The position numbers were made by a program, and so were the translations under genes. Source: Lytechinus pictus (lineage: Eukaryota). From it: a DNA stretch of 64,000 bases. The stretch lies in contig NC_087245.1 in the NCBI RefSeq assembly GCF_037042905.1, forward strand, positions 29,700,001 through 29,764,000, written 5' to 3'. Of this stretch, positions 50,160-63,327 are shown piece by piece (position 1 is the stretch's first letter; each line of letters begins with the position of its first letter). The notes under the pieces were generated by a model. The model was not told the origin of the DNA and did no database searches. It saw only the letters and a list, made by a program, of their open reading frames with translations.

Positions 50160-51379
50160 ATGTTACTAAACTGGGTTCCAAAAGAAACTTATCAAACTTC
50201 ACAAGCGCACTACAAACACTCCACTCACTCAAAATGAACAAAATTTTGACGCAAGCTTACTTCAATAATCTTTCACTAAGCACATGGCAATAATTAAAGA
50301 TTGGTTTAATATCAGAGGCTGTAGCCCCTCAAATCGATTGGTTCAGGAATCCAAAGTCACAAAATGTCAAAAGAAAGACCAATGAAAATGAGATGGGATT
50401 AAACAAATTTTCAAGTTTATAAAAGTTCACAGTATGACCATCAGCATGTTTAATTGATTGCCTCAATAAATAAGAAGTTACAGGAAGTTAAAGGTCAAAG
50501 TCCACCCCAGAAAATTGTTGATTTGATTGGATAGAGAAAAATCAAACAAGCATAACGCTGAAAATTTCATCAAAATCGGATGTAAAACAAGAAAGTGATT
50601 AAATTTTCAAGTTTCACTTATTTTTCACAAAACAGTTATATTCAGAACTCAGTGATATGCAAATGAGAGAGTCAATGATGTCCCTCACTCACTATTTCTT
50701 TTGTTTTTATTGTTTGAATTATATATTTCAATTTTTACAGATTTGACAATAAGGACCAACTTGACTTATCCATAAACTATTAAAATAATGATAATTCTGT
50801 ATGCTCCAGGAGAAATACAATTTTTTTTCACATGACAATGAGGAGAAAATTAGAACTTTTTACATTAAAAAAAATAAAATACAAAAGAAATGGTGAGTGG
50901 GTAACGTCATCAGTCTGCTCATTTGCATACCAACCAAGATGTGCATATAGTTGTTTTCTTATCCGATTTTGATTAAATTTTCAGTGTTATGCTTGTCATA
51001 TATCTCTCCTTTTATTCAATTCAATTTTTTGTTAGGGTGGACTTGTCCTTTAAAATTCACATTTTATACTCACCTATTGAGGTAAAAAAAAAGCATAATG
51101 CATGAATGGACTCAATCATGTCAATAGCAGTCAAGCAAAGAATGACCGTTTGGTTGAGACTAAAACTAAGAATTTGTGACTTTGGATTCCGGAACAAATT
51201 AATTTTAGGGGCGACAGCCTCTTTATTATTAAACCTAATTATAAAACCAATCTCTCAATTATTGACATGTGCTTTATTATATTGAAGCTAGCCTGTGTCA
51301 AAATTTTGTTCATTTTGACTGAGTGGAATTGCGCTTGTGAAGTTTGATAAGTTTCTTTTGGAGCCCAGTTTATTAATAC
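50160..51379. mobile_element. Old fold-back element with about 200-bp imperfect arms, containing a nested family A MITE
   Basis: 50160-50365 (taaactgggttccaaaagaaacttatcaaacttcacaagcgca...gaatccaaagtcacaaa) is the reverse complement of about 51172-51379. Confidence 0.75.
50488..51053 (-). mobile_element. Family A MITE, reverse orientation
   Basis: TTAA|AGGTCAAAGTCCACCCCAG ... GGGTGGACTTGTCCT|TTAA. Confidence 0.9.
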
Positions 51380-51380
51380 T

Positions 51381-51984
51381 TTAAGGTCAAGTCCACCCCA
51401 GAAAAATGTTGATTTGAATAAATGGAGAAAAATCAACTAGGATAATGCTGAACATTTCATCAAAATCGGATGTAAAATGATGACATTTTATAGAGTTTTG
51501 CTTATTTAAAAAAAAACACTATGTACAACTCAGTGACGTGCAAATGAGACAGTGGATGATGTCCCTCACTCACTATTTCTTTTGTTTTTTATTGTTTGAA
51601 TTACAATATTTCATTTTTTAAAGATTTGACAATAAGGACCAACTTGACTTCATACAATAAGGACCAACTAACTCCACATGTTCAGGGAGGAATTAATCGT
51701 TGTTTCACTTGACAATGAGGAGAAAATTAGAATATTTCAAATTTTATATACGGTATTATAATAAAATACAAAAGAAATAGTGAGCGGATGACGTCATCAG
51801 TCTCCTCATTTGCATACTGACCAGGATGTGCATATTACTGTATTGTGAAATTGAGCGAAACTTTAAAATGTCATAACTTTCTTATTTTACATCCGATCTT
51901 GATGAAATTTTCAGTGATTAGGCTTGTTGGATTTTTCTCTTTTTATCCAAATCAACATTTTGTTGGGATGGACTTGTCCTTTTA
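51381..51984 (-). mobile_element. Family A MITE, reverse orientation
   Basis: ttaaggtcaagtccaccccag ... gggatggacttgtccttttata. Confidence 0.9.
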
Positions 51985-54449
51985 TAGTTTGCAAAGTGGT
52001 CATTAAATCAATGATTTTCAGCTTATAAAAAGTATGATGTACATGTAGTTTGTTGTGCAAAGTTGCAAACACTTCACAGGGAATTTTTCTGAATTAACAT
52101 GCAGCCTAAAGTCCTTGGAGTGGTGGTGACTTGTGTGTAGAAGGTTCCTCTCAAAAAGAGAAACTTGTATTTTGTGCCAGTCTTGTGCGAAGACCCACTT
52201 GGTGATCAAAGTTTCAATCAGGGTCTGTGCCTGCAGACAAGGTATGATCCACAGTCTGAAGCTTGTCCCAGGGTTTCGAGAGATAAACGCTAAACAAATA
52301 CTTCAAAGCAAACCACTCCAATGTATTGAGCTTTAGACCTGAATGTAAACATGTTTCAACAGGATTTACTGATTCTGAAGTTCAACTGCATGGGCACTTG
52401 TATAAAAATATTGTATCAACTCAAGTACATGTACTTATCATTCTCATGATGTCCAAGCCAGATTTGAAATCATAGGGTACTTGGGGGAAATTCCCACAGG
52501 AAAATTCACTCAATCCCTCTAACTTGACCTATAGATGGGACAAGTCAACCTACTCAAAAATCAATTCTCTGCCGTATTACTACTTGTTCAGGGCTTACTA
52601 CATCTAGATATCTGATTTCCCTCTAATGCTTTATGCTACATACATATTAGTTTGAGCAGGGACATCCCTGGTTTGAGGCACCTTTTCAAAAGGTTCATCT
52701 TTCAATAATTCTCAGTCATTCACCTAACTTAACAAGGGGGAGGGGGGGTTAAGGTGTAGCTTTACTTTTTGCACCAAACATAAGTTAACAAGGAATTTTC
52801 TTGGAGAAAATTCCTTATTATGGTGACTTCTAATATGATTTAACATTCATATTAGTTATTTTGCCACTTTCATAAATGTCTCATTCCTCCCTTCTCTCTC
52901 GCTCCATCTCTCTCTATCTTTCTTTTTCTCTCAGTCTCCCTTCAGTGCCAGTGCCTTTCTGATTATTTCACACTAAACAAAACTTCTGCCCTCTTAAGCA
53001 TCTTCTATGCACAACTTTTTTTTCCCTCTCCTTGATGGTTCACATTCCCCCCCCCCCCCCCGTTATTTCTCTAAATTCCAACAGAAGACATTTTGATTTT
53101 GAGGACGGATCACTCCTCTCCAAAATCTTGGGAGACATCTACCCCACACAGCCAAACTCTGACCCAGATGTCATCAGCTATCAAAAACAACAAATTTTGT
53201 TTCAATACAACTGGCTTGTTCTATACATCATGACCCATGTTACAGGTGAAGTTGTATTCATGAGATCACAACTTGTTGTATCATTTCATACTGCATATCA
53301 AATCAAACTATTGTAAATCCACATTAAAATCATCTATGAAATATCAGCTTTCCTAAAAAGTTAACCAATTTTGAACTGATTCTAATTTATAAAAAAAAAC
53401 TGCATATACATACATATACAATTAGTATGTGAATGCATTGCATTATCTCATTAAAATATGAAAAATTTCAAGCTCCTTAAAATGATTTTTACTCACACAC
53501 TTCATACATACGTATTGTTGAAAAAACCCTGTAGCCTGTATCAAACCATTAGAATTCAGACAAAATGAAGAGTCATACATGTACATACATGTAGTATGGA
53601 TTTGATCTATCAGTATCAAGCAATATAATATTCCAGATAAAGAACTTTATTGCAATAATGTATGAGCTCAGTGATTCATAAACTGAGCTTGCAATATTTT
53701 GAAATAAATAGCAATAGGGTACAATGTACCGTTACCACTATAAAAGTGCTACAACTTCATTTACGGTTCAAATTTTTTCCTCATGTACATTATATGTAGG
53801 CCCTATGTTATTGTAAAACCCATTCAAATTGAGAGGGTCATGGTATCATTAACTAGTGATTCAATAACCTATAAAAAGAAAACATTTGTGTAGAAAAAAA
53901 TGATTTCGAAACCATATTCAATTCTAGGACGACAAGTGTTTCTAAAATGTTTTCTAAAAACATATTCACAGTAGCATGTTGATCCCCTATTCCTAATGCA
54001 ACATGTTTTCTAAAATTAATAATTTTTTAGGTTATCAACCAAGAGTTGGAAACTGAAGATTTTAGCTTAAGTCTAAGTTACTTGTAAAAAAAAAGAGACA
54101 AGGGGGAAAAAGGGGGTATCTATCATCTATCATCTCAATGTTCAATGTTACTTTCTTAAAATCTTTGTACAAAAAATATTTATAGATTATAGGTCTAGGT
54201 CCAAAGCTATTATAGTCTAGGGCAAGCATAGGAATATGATATTACAACTGATATTGAGATAGGTTCCTACATGTATAAAACCAAGGCAAATGCACAAACC
54301 TGAAATGAAGGTGAGATGTAATTTCAAATAATCAGTAAAAAATGGAAATGGCATGAAATAAATTATTTTGAAATCTTGTTAACTTAAAAACCAACCAAAA
54401 ACAAAGCCAAAACAAGGTAGATCTGAAGTAAAACCTAAGTAATACTTAC

Positions 54450-54490
54450 TCCTTGCCCCCAAACAGATGGTGATGATGGTAGCTGCTCAT
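54450..54490 (-). CDS. First coding segment MSSYHHHHLFGGK(E), ends phase 2, within exon 54450-54694
   Basis: Acceptor ctttttctttcag at 54695; donor GGA|GTAAGT at 54449; GA+G joins in frame to exon 29448-29532. Confidence 0.6.
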
Positions 54491-54694
54491 AATGTATCCT
54501 TTCTCCTAATCCATGATCACCTCCAAGTTGGCAATTAATTATTTGTAAGGTATCCTGATCATGGCATTGTTACTATGTTGGCTTGAAAAGTTGTATTATC
54601 ACGATGCAAATAGTATCAAATTGTGTTTAACTGTCACTAAATTTGTAAGTTAATCTGGCCGAGTAAAATCATGTGTCAGTTTTAACATCTGTTG
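54491..54694 (-). other. 5' UTR part of exon 2 with five short uORFs
   Basis: Minus-strand ATGs at 54688, 54672, 54567, 54562 and 54514, each closed by a stop before 54490. Confidence 0.55.
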
Positions 54695-54999
54695 CTGAAA
54701 GAAAAAGCCAAAGGATACCAAAGCCAAAGAGTGATGTATGAAGCTGAAGTCTAGCAAAAGTAACTTATTTCTGAGTATTAACTGTAGTGTTATACTCTAA
54801 TTTGTGACTGTCTCTGTCATCTGACACTGTCAGGAACAGTGACAGAACCGTCCATGGGCATAGCATAGGCAAAAGCCCAACCTCAGTCCTTATAGCTTCA
54901 TCAATGTAGGAGGCACGAATAAAAAAAAATCATAAGTTCAGAATACAAAATCAAACACGGAAAACAACACAACAGGAACAGGAGAATTAGTCAGTGTCA

Positions 55000-55460
55000 T
55001 TAATAACTCAAGTGGAACAAATCTGAATGAAAATTATATGAACGGTTGGTTAGCACGCGAGTCAGACAGAGCAACGCTTCCTTGACAACGAGGCCCCCGG
55101 TCTCTTCCCGCGGTGGCTGAGTCTGTCGTCGAATGGTTGTCAGCCGCTGAACTCGGTATCCATTCATGTAGGCCTAATTAAAAGTAAACCAAACTGCTGA
55201 ACATCTCAATGCACTTACATTACGAGTTCGTCGTCGTCGTCGTCACGGTCCAAAAACTCCTCAAATAATTAATGTCGTAAACTCTTGACATTTCAGATAT
55301 TTGGCGACAATCTAAATACGACGAACAAAAAGGAGGACACGCATCAGTTTGGCGATTCCTATTGATTATCGATAACGGATGCGCGATGCTCTGCTGATGA
55401 TATCGCTGTGTTTCTCTCCTTTTACATGTTTTAGGAGTTTAGCTGAGAGCCCAGCCCAGG
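55000..55460 (-). promoter_or_regulatory. CpG-rich promoter / TSS region of the minus-strand gene
   Basis: Abrupt CpG enrichment in non-repeat sequence around the first donor, at the edge of the CpG-depleted domain. Confidence 0.55.
55219..55400 (-). other. Putative non-coding first exon (5' end approximate)
   Basis: Donor AAT|GTAAGT at 55218; CpG-rich with (GAC)n; a 524-nt intron to the acceptor at 54695. Confidence 0.55.
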
Positions 55461-58024
55461 CCCAAAGTTCTTAATATCTTAGCTTTTAAAATACATGTTT
55501 TAAGCTTATGCACTTTGTTTTCTCATAGTGACAGGAATCATAGGATTGGATTGATAGCAAGATGCCGGTGAAGTGATACCCGGTAATGGGGACTAACTTT
55601 CTTTGCCAAATTTCAATGAGGTTTTTAGTTTTTCTCAGTAGAAAACAGACAACTATGTCAAAGTCCACAAAAGTATTTTTTTTAACATATAAAACTTGGT
55701 GTAGGGTCTTACATGGGCCCAACAGACTCCAGTAAGCCCCCAGTAAGCATCGGATCAAAGGAAATAAAAGCTGTGGTCTTAAAACTGACACCGTGCTGTC
55801 CCTGTCGGAATATTACACCTTTATCTTTCGAACTGGTTGCTTCTTAGTTTTTGAGGGACAGAAAATGGGGTAAAATTTACAAAAAGTTGTGAGCGAGCGA
55901 AAATTTGGACAGAGTATTTATGAATTTGTATATCACATTTCACAATTTTTAATTTCATTTTCGCCGTTTCTTGGTTGTGGAACTTAAAGGATGCACCCCG
56001 TCACCCCCCCCCCCCCCTCATCTCCTCTGCAAGTGACAAAGCAGACTCAATGGTGAATTAGCCACAAATTTAGAGGAAGTGAGACGTGGCGTAAGGGGCA
56101 AAATTTATAAAAAGCTGCTACGAGCTATATAGGCCTATAGAGCATAAACTTATCTACTCTTTCCTTTACTTTTCTATCCCTCTTTCCATTTTCTTGACTG
56201 AGAAACTTGACAGTTTTACTCGATGTTGATCATTTATATTTTCCTCTATTTTATATTCCTATACATAATTTTTGCGGTCTCATTTTGGCGGGCCACAGTG
56301 TCAGAACGCGGGCCCTATATACCAAAGGGTGCATTTAATTTAAGTAACAAGTAATATATCAGTATGACACTAACACCAACAAATTTACCGCTAGTGTAAA
56401 ATGACTAATGTAACACCACGGAATGCTGTGTGCAACGACCTTTAGAAACATTCTACGGGCCTAAGTTAACAACTTTTAAGATGTTTCAGAATTAATCATA
56501 ATGATTTAATTTTCACCTTTTAAGATCTTAAGTGTTCGATGTCAGTATATTGCTGAATAAAATCGAGCAGGTATATAGCCTCTAGGCGTTTTTTTAATAT
56601 TCTGTTGTTAATAAGTTAATCAATAATGGTTCAAATCAGGCCTAAATTGACATTCATAATTTATTGTGCCATCTTGTTTATTAAAAATATTGCTTTCTGA
56701 CCAATTTGCATGAAGCTAATCTTCGGTTCGACATTAAACTTTAGTATAAAAAAAGGGGGATTTGGGGGCCACAGCTCAAAAGTTCCTCCACTGAGAAAAG
56801 GATAAGAAAATCAAAGAAAGGAAGTGAAACTGAAAGGTAAAATAAAGTCTCACAAACTATAGTTTGGATGCTTTTTTTTCACTTTCAAATACTAGGGACA
56901 AATCCTTTAATCAAATATTGATTTCCCTCCTTTTTATCTTTTTGTATTTTTGCACCCCCACAAAGTGCTGCTCGGGAACGTTTCCGCCCCCCCCCCCCCG
57001 GATAATCAAAATGGTTTGGATGACTATGCGCCTTTGATGCCATACAATACACCTGCATTAGCCGAATTTCTCAGGACCTAAGATATACTTTTATAAAGTT
57101 TGTCATTTCACCATTTTATCTTTTAATGATGATTCAACTTTCTTCTCCTGTTTCAACACTATATGCCTATTGCCTACGGTGATTTAAGCTTTCTAATCTT
57201 ACAGTTTAAAAAAATACTTTGATAAAAAAAAAATGCGCAGGCCTATAATTACTATTTTATCAAAATAATGATATAATAGTGAATTCGTCTTGAGATGGGG
57301 GAAATCTCTAATTATATCAGATCAAATGAGATGAACCTTCTCTTCATATATCGGAGAAGATTTCTTTCTTTATTTTTCATTTATATTGTTTAGGATATCC
57401 TTAAGTCCTTTTTGCATCTCATGATCAAGATGTAACGCATTTATCTAATCGGCCTATGTTCTTTTGATGTGAGTCTTTTTTTAATCCTTTTAAATTCGAA
57501 GCCGCCTTGTATTGACCTTCAAGAGTATTTACAAACCTATACTCGTCTATTTTTTAAAATCCTAAACACCAAAATAGTCAATAAAATCATGCAACAAAAC
57601 TCAACGTGTTGACCTCGATCGGCTAATTATAGGCCTCAAGAATAGGATGTACCGTAACATGGGTTATGGATGCTTACTGGGGTATGAATGTATCGGGTAA
57701 ACAGAAAACAAAAGAAGTTACAGATACACGAAAAGATGAGAGAGGAAAGAAAGATGGCGATGATCGATAAAAATGTTCCTCAAAAGCGTGATCGATTGTG
57801 CTACTGGACATCAAATCAATATTTCCAAGCCGATGCTAAGAAACGTTGAAGAAAGGGGTATTTTGGTGGCTTCATTGTTATTATGCAATTTTATTGTGCA
57901 TTATTTATTATTCTAGTCAGTTCGTACGACGTGCACACTGAGATTAAAAAAAGTACAAATTTACACCCTTCACAATATGGTTCCTTTTGGGAGCAACTGT
58001 GCACCCTTAAGGCAGCTCTCTTTA

Positions 58025-58575
58025 TAGTGCGTCCAAGAAAAAAAAAGGAAACTGGGATTCCCATATCATTTTTCTTCAAAGGCAAATTAATCTTAAAATG
58101 CCATTGATATCATCGTACAATAATCAATAATCCTCTTTATTTTGATACCTAATAATGTGACGAATATTCACGCATTAATGAGCAAGACGAGTTTGAAATT
58201 TTAATGTCAAAATCAGGTCGCGCAGAAAAATTGGACAATATTATTTCGTGATATACGACTACCATGCTTATTCGACGATTGGCTCATTAGCATTTCTCTT
58301 TTATTTTTTATAAAGTTTATCTCACTGATCCCTGAAATGAGAGTGGATTCAGATTAACACGTGAGTTTCTGCGCAATTCGTTTCTGATAGGCCTCAATAT
58401 TTATCGTTTGTAATTGGACATGCGTGGATGATGTGCTAAGCTGTTGGTCTCAAATTAAAGATGAGATTCCTCTCTTACCACAGGCATGACATGTATCAAA
58501 TTCATAGTAAAAACGTGTTAGATTATTGTAAAATCTATCTCTGAAAACGGGTTTCCTTTTTTGTGGGACGCACTG
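58025..58575. mobile_element. Tc1/mariner-like MITE, TA-flanked
   Basis: ta|tagtgcgtccaagaaaaaaaaaggaaac ... gtttcctttt..gtgggacgcactg|ta. Confidence 0.75.
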
Positions 58576-59556
58576 TATACCTTGTCCCATGCAATACCCT
58601 CGCCATTTCCCCTCTCTTCCTTCTTCTCAGCAGAGCTAGGGGTGACGCTTTCCACCCTTATAAAAAATGTTGTTATCCCTTGCCCCTTTTATAGGGCGAT
58701 TTACCCCTTTCCATCCCTTCATTTTTAGAGTGTTTCTATCCCCCTCTCTATCTTTTTAACATCTCTCCTCTTCTCTCTCAAATCGGATTTTGCCCCAAAT
58801 TGCACTTTTCCGATATATATTTATCTACCCCTCAGTCATTGCCATTCCCCATCCCTCCCACGCACCTCAGTCCATGTTGCAAACTGCCTTCTAGATGAAG
58901 TGACTGTCTGCGGGAGGCCGCAATATACATTTTAACACGTAGACAAGCACTCCGGTTGCTAAGCAACGTGTCGCCAACTTCTTACTTTTTTCTTAGCATA
59001 TTATCTTTATGTATTATGATTGAAATGCATAAATATCCTCCGTATCAGACTTCAATTATTGCTTTTAGCTTGCGGCAAGCATATCCAGCAGTTGTGGAAA
59101 AATTAAATTTTGCCTGTCAAATAAAAAAAACACCTATTTACCAAGGCAGAAAATGAATGACTGATTATTTTATATAATTTTAAAAAGTTTGACGCTCAGT
59201 GGAAGGAGATAAAGGTAAATTTTAGAAAACAAAAGAAAACTAGAAATTATGATGTTTAAAATGTATAGTCCGAGGTCTTACCGAGGTCTTCCGAAGTGAA
59301 TAATAGTCTGCTCCTCAAATCTCTCTTTTTTCTACATAAAATTCATGACCACCGCTCCAACCTGATGTTGAATCCCTAACGTATCGGACTGGAATTGATA
59401 TACTCGTTTCTGAGAATCTCCAAAACAGTGGAGGGATCACCTAAGAGACAGATTGAAACGATGTTAGGTTTAAGAGGAAGGAAAAAATAAAGTCGCCAAA
59501 CATAAATTATTATACTGCTCTAAATGATTGTGGCAAGTTACAAACAACTATTAAAA

Positions 59557-60880
59557 CAAGTGGAACGCCTCTGGCAGTCTCGCCTGCATTACGATATAGC
59601 AGCAGTGCTGAATTTGAAAACAGCTAAATAATTATTCACAAAAGAAAACACTCATATAAAATACTATGTCCACTGACCCAACATGACCATTGACCATGAT
59701 CATGTGACCTAAGACATACAATCATTCATATACCCTTATGTCTATGTTTCATGAACTGCATGTGTAGATCCATAAACTTTCTAAGTTATGATGCCAATTC
59801 AACAAATACCCCAACACGGCAAAAGTTCATTGACCCTAAATGACCTTTGATTTTGGTCATGTGACCTGAAACACGCACAAGATATTCAGGGATACATGCA
59901 TGGTCCCAGGTTTCATAAACTAGATCTATAAGCTTTTAAAGTTATGATGGCAATTCCACTAATACCCCCAACATTTTCGAAGTTCGTGGACCCTAAATGA
60001 CCTTTGAACTTGGTCATGTGACCTGAAACTCGCAAAGGATGTTCAGGGATACTTAATTGCTCTTATGTCTAAGTTTAATGAATTACAAAGTTATGATGAC
60101 AATTCCAAAAATACCCCCAAAATTATCAAAGTTCGATGACCCTAAATGACCTTTGACCTTGGTCAAGTGACCTGAAACTAGCACAGGATGTTGAGGGATA
60201 CTAAATTTTTCTTATGTCTAAGTTTCATGAAACAGATCCATAAAATTTCAAAGTTATGATGACAATTCAACAAATACCCCCAACATGGTCAAAGTTTGTT
60301 GACCCTAAATTACCTTTGACCTTGTTCATGTGACCTGAAACTTGCACAAGATGGTTAGGGATACTTAATTGTTCTTATGTCTAAGTTTCATGAAATAGAT
60401 CCATAAAATTTCAAAGTTATATGAAGACAATTCAACAAATACCCCCAACATGGTCAAAGTTCATTGTCCCCAAGTGACCTTTGACCTTAGTCATGTGACC
60501 TGAAACTGTTCATTAATACTTGATTACCCTTATGTCAAAATTTCATGAACTAGGTCCATATACTTTCGAAGTTATGAGGATATTATAAAAACTTAACCTT
60601 GGTTAAGATTTCGATATTGATTCCCCCAACGTGGTCTAAGTTCATTGACCCTAAATGACCTTTGACCTTGGTCACGTAACCTGAGACTCAGGCAAAATGT
60701 TCAGAAATACTTGATTACCCTTATGTCCTAGTTTCATGAACTAGGTCTATATACTTTCTAGGTTATGATGACATATCAAAAACTTAACCTTGGTTTAGAT
60801 TTCAATGTTGGCGACGCTGCCGCCGCCGTCGCCGTCGGAAAAGCGGCGCCTATAGTCTCACTCTGCTATGCAGGCGAGAC
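59557..60880 (-). mobile_element. Second Helentron-associated element with about 7 tandem units
   Basis: Same ends as 45466-46636 (caagtggaacgcctctggcagtctcgcctgcat ... atgcaggcgagac|aaaaa); units start near 59668, 59825, 59982, 60131, 60294, 60459 and 60640. Confidence 0.8.
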
Positions 60881-60951
60881 AAAAATGATAAACTACTTTT
60901 AAAAAATTAATAAACGAAGCAACTTTCTGCTTGCGAATCAGCAACCAAATA

Positions 60952-61015
60952 TGGTTCAGTGGTATATAGCGCAGCCTCATAAACGGAAAACGTCGAGACT
61001 TCGATCCCCGGCCGA
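60952..61015 (+). mobile_element. Degenerate tRNA-derived SINE head
   Basis: tggttcagtggta ... cctcataaacgg ... ttcgatccccggccga. Confidence 0.45.
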
Positions 61016-61324
61016 ACATTATTATTTTAATATGCATTGTCCGCAGAACAGTTAATAAGAGTTGAAGTGGTTACCCGTGGGAAAATTTGAATAATTATTA
61101 CAACCAGAGGACCAACGGTTCTCCTTCCATTCAACAGACATTATGAAGTCGATTATCATAACAGTCATATTAATGCCCTATGACAATGCATGACATTAAA
61201 CTTTTTTTTACCTGGTCAACCATGCTGGACAAAACCATTCCACAATTACTCTTCCTTAAAATGTTTATGTTATTAATCTTTTTGCAGTCATTGATTAAGG
61301 ATATACATAATATTCATAATGCAC

Positions 61325-61589
61325 CAGTGGCGGATCCAGGGGCGAGGGCACATCCGGCCTGTGTGCCCCCCCCCCCCCCCCCACCTGAGAGTCATAGTCA
61401 CTATTTTTAATATAAATATGTCGTTCATACACAAGTTTGCCCCCCCCCCCCTTGAGAGTAACAGCAAATATTTTTATTGGGAATATGTCGTCCATACACA
61501 AGTGAGGACCTTCTTTTGTTTTCGCTTGTCAAATTTTCCTGGGAAAATATGTCCCCCCCCCCCTTTGGAGAATCCTGGATCCGCCCCTG
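61325..61589. mobile_element. hAT-like MITE with CAG(T/G)GGCGGATCCAGG TIRs
   Basis: cagtggcggatccagg and cctggatccgcccctg; poly-C interior; flanks taatgcac and atacgcac may be a decayed 8-bp TSD. Confidence 0.75.
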
Positions 61590-62116
61590 ATACGCACATC
61601 AATAATCATTGAATATTTCATCCACTCTCTCCAAAAGAAATTACCGCAAAATGTTCCTTTTGTGTTTTGTTGTATAAGTTTAAAGGCAATTATACTACTA
61701 GAAATCAATTTACCATACACCGATATATTTTTTGAAGAGGAGTGGGTTTCATATTTCCATCGATTTTCATTACATTTTTACAAACTTTCTTTTTGAAGAG
61801 GAGGAGAAAAGTTATTTGTGGTGAAAGGAAAGGTACGTGATAGACCATAAATCATTAATGTGGAACATTCAAAACAAGTCGACATGAACTGTGATATATC
61901 GTCAAATGAAAATATGATTTGAAAATAGAAATATTTGACCCAGTCGGTTATAGATACAGTGGGAGAGTGATTCCTTTGGATAGGGGGGGGGGGGTGGGTT
62001 GGTGCCCCATTTTCGAGACAGGGATTTAAGCATGTACTTTCCAGACAACCACCAATATACAATCAGACGAACATCATTTCCACCATTCACATTTGGGGTA
62101 TTTTTGAAGGGGCACA

Positions 62117-62282
62117 CACTGTAAAAAATGAAGTGCTAATTTAGCACTTACAGTGCTTGTTTAGTGACTGCACTGCGAGTGCTGATTTTCTAGTTTAAAT
62201 TTAAATAGAAAATCAGCACTCGTAGTGCAGTCACTAGACAAGCACTGTATAGTGCTAAATTAGCACTTCATTTTTTACAGTA
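62117..62282. mobile_element. Palindromic CACTG MITE, family H1, 2-bp TSD CA
   Basis: Nearly identical to 44942-45107; flanked by ca on both sides. Confidence 0.9.
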
Positions 62283-62782
62283 CACTTCGTAACCAATTTA
62301 TATATTTTTAACTTATAAATTTGTGTTTCTGTCACTACAAATGGTTATTCAATATTTTACATCAACTAGTTAATAATCTACTATAACAATAAATGTCTTA
62401 TCAGCAAATGTATAACAAGATCAGTGTGAATATTATATAAGTCACGGTGAAAGTAATAAAAGGAAAACAAACAAATACGGCACCTAATTTTCGCAGCGAG
62501 CTTCTGGTAAAAATACTGTTCATACCTCAATAGAATGCAGTGCACACTAAAGGTATTAAACTCGATATCAAACACAAATCTCGGCAAAACGATCGAGCAA
62601 CATAATCTCCTCAATAATGAGGCCGCTTGCTTAATATATTTCACTCAGCATGGGGTAGCACCCCCCCCCCAAAAAAAAACAAAAAAAAACATGGTCAACA
62701 CATTGAGGGATGGAGAGGGAGTGGGGGGGGGGGGGGCTCTCATATTTGTTAATAATACTTTTTGTGCACAAGTCCCCATAAA

Positions 62783-62900
62783 ATAGATAGATAGATAGGT
62801 AAAGAAAGAGAGAGAGAGAGTGTGTGTGTGTGTGTGTGAGAGAGAGAAAGAGAGAGGGAGAGGGGGGGGGCATAAAAAGAAAGAAGGATAGAGAGACAGA
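62783..62900. repeat. Compound microsatellite (TAGA)n/(GA)n/(GT)n
   Basis: Seen directly in the sequence. Confidence 0.9.
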
Positions 62901-63262
62901 CAGTAACCGCCCCCCCCCCGAAAAATGTTGGAAAATAAATGAGCATGCAGAGAGATGCGATGGGGCAGGAGATCAATGTAAACTGTAAACAATATTGAAG
63001 AAGTTCTAAACATTGCAACCGAAAAATAAAACGTTTCTGTCTCGTCGTTATAACAACTGTTGGATTTCAAAGCACACAGATTCTAATTTGATTGGATTTT
63101 AACCGTTGCATACGTACAAAATTATTAGTGACAGATCTTATTATTATCGTTTGTTCTGTGTATTGTATTGTGATATCTTTACACAGACGTGAGAAAATGG
63201 CAAAATCGGAAACTAATAATTGTTTTTGAGAGTAGCAGTAAGGAGGAAAATAATAAGCACGT

Positions 63263-63327
63263 GGTTTTTATCATGGTTTAGAGCAGAGACGGGTTTTTAT
63301 CATGGTTTAGAGCAGAGACGGGTTTTT
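63263..63327. repeat. Exact 29-bp tandem duplication
   Basis: ggtttttatcatggtttagagcagagacg twice, plus a partial third copy. Confidence 0.9.

Noticed and set aside
62381..63070. Cluster of overlapping ORFs
   Set aside because: Generated by microsatellites and homopolymer runs.
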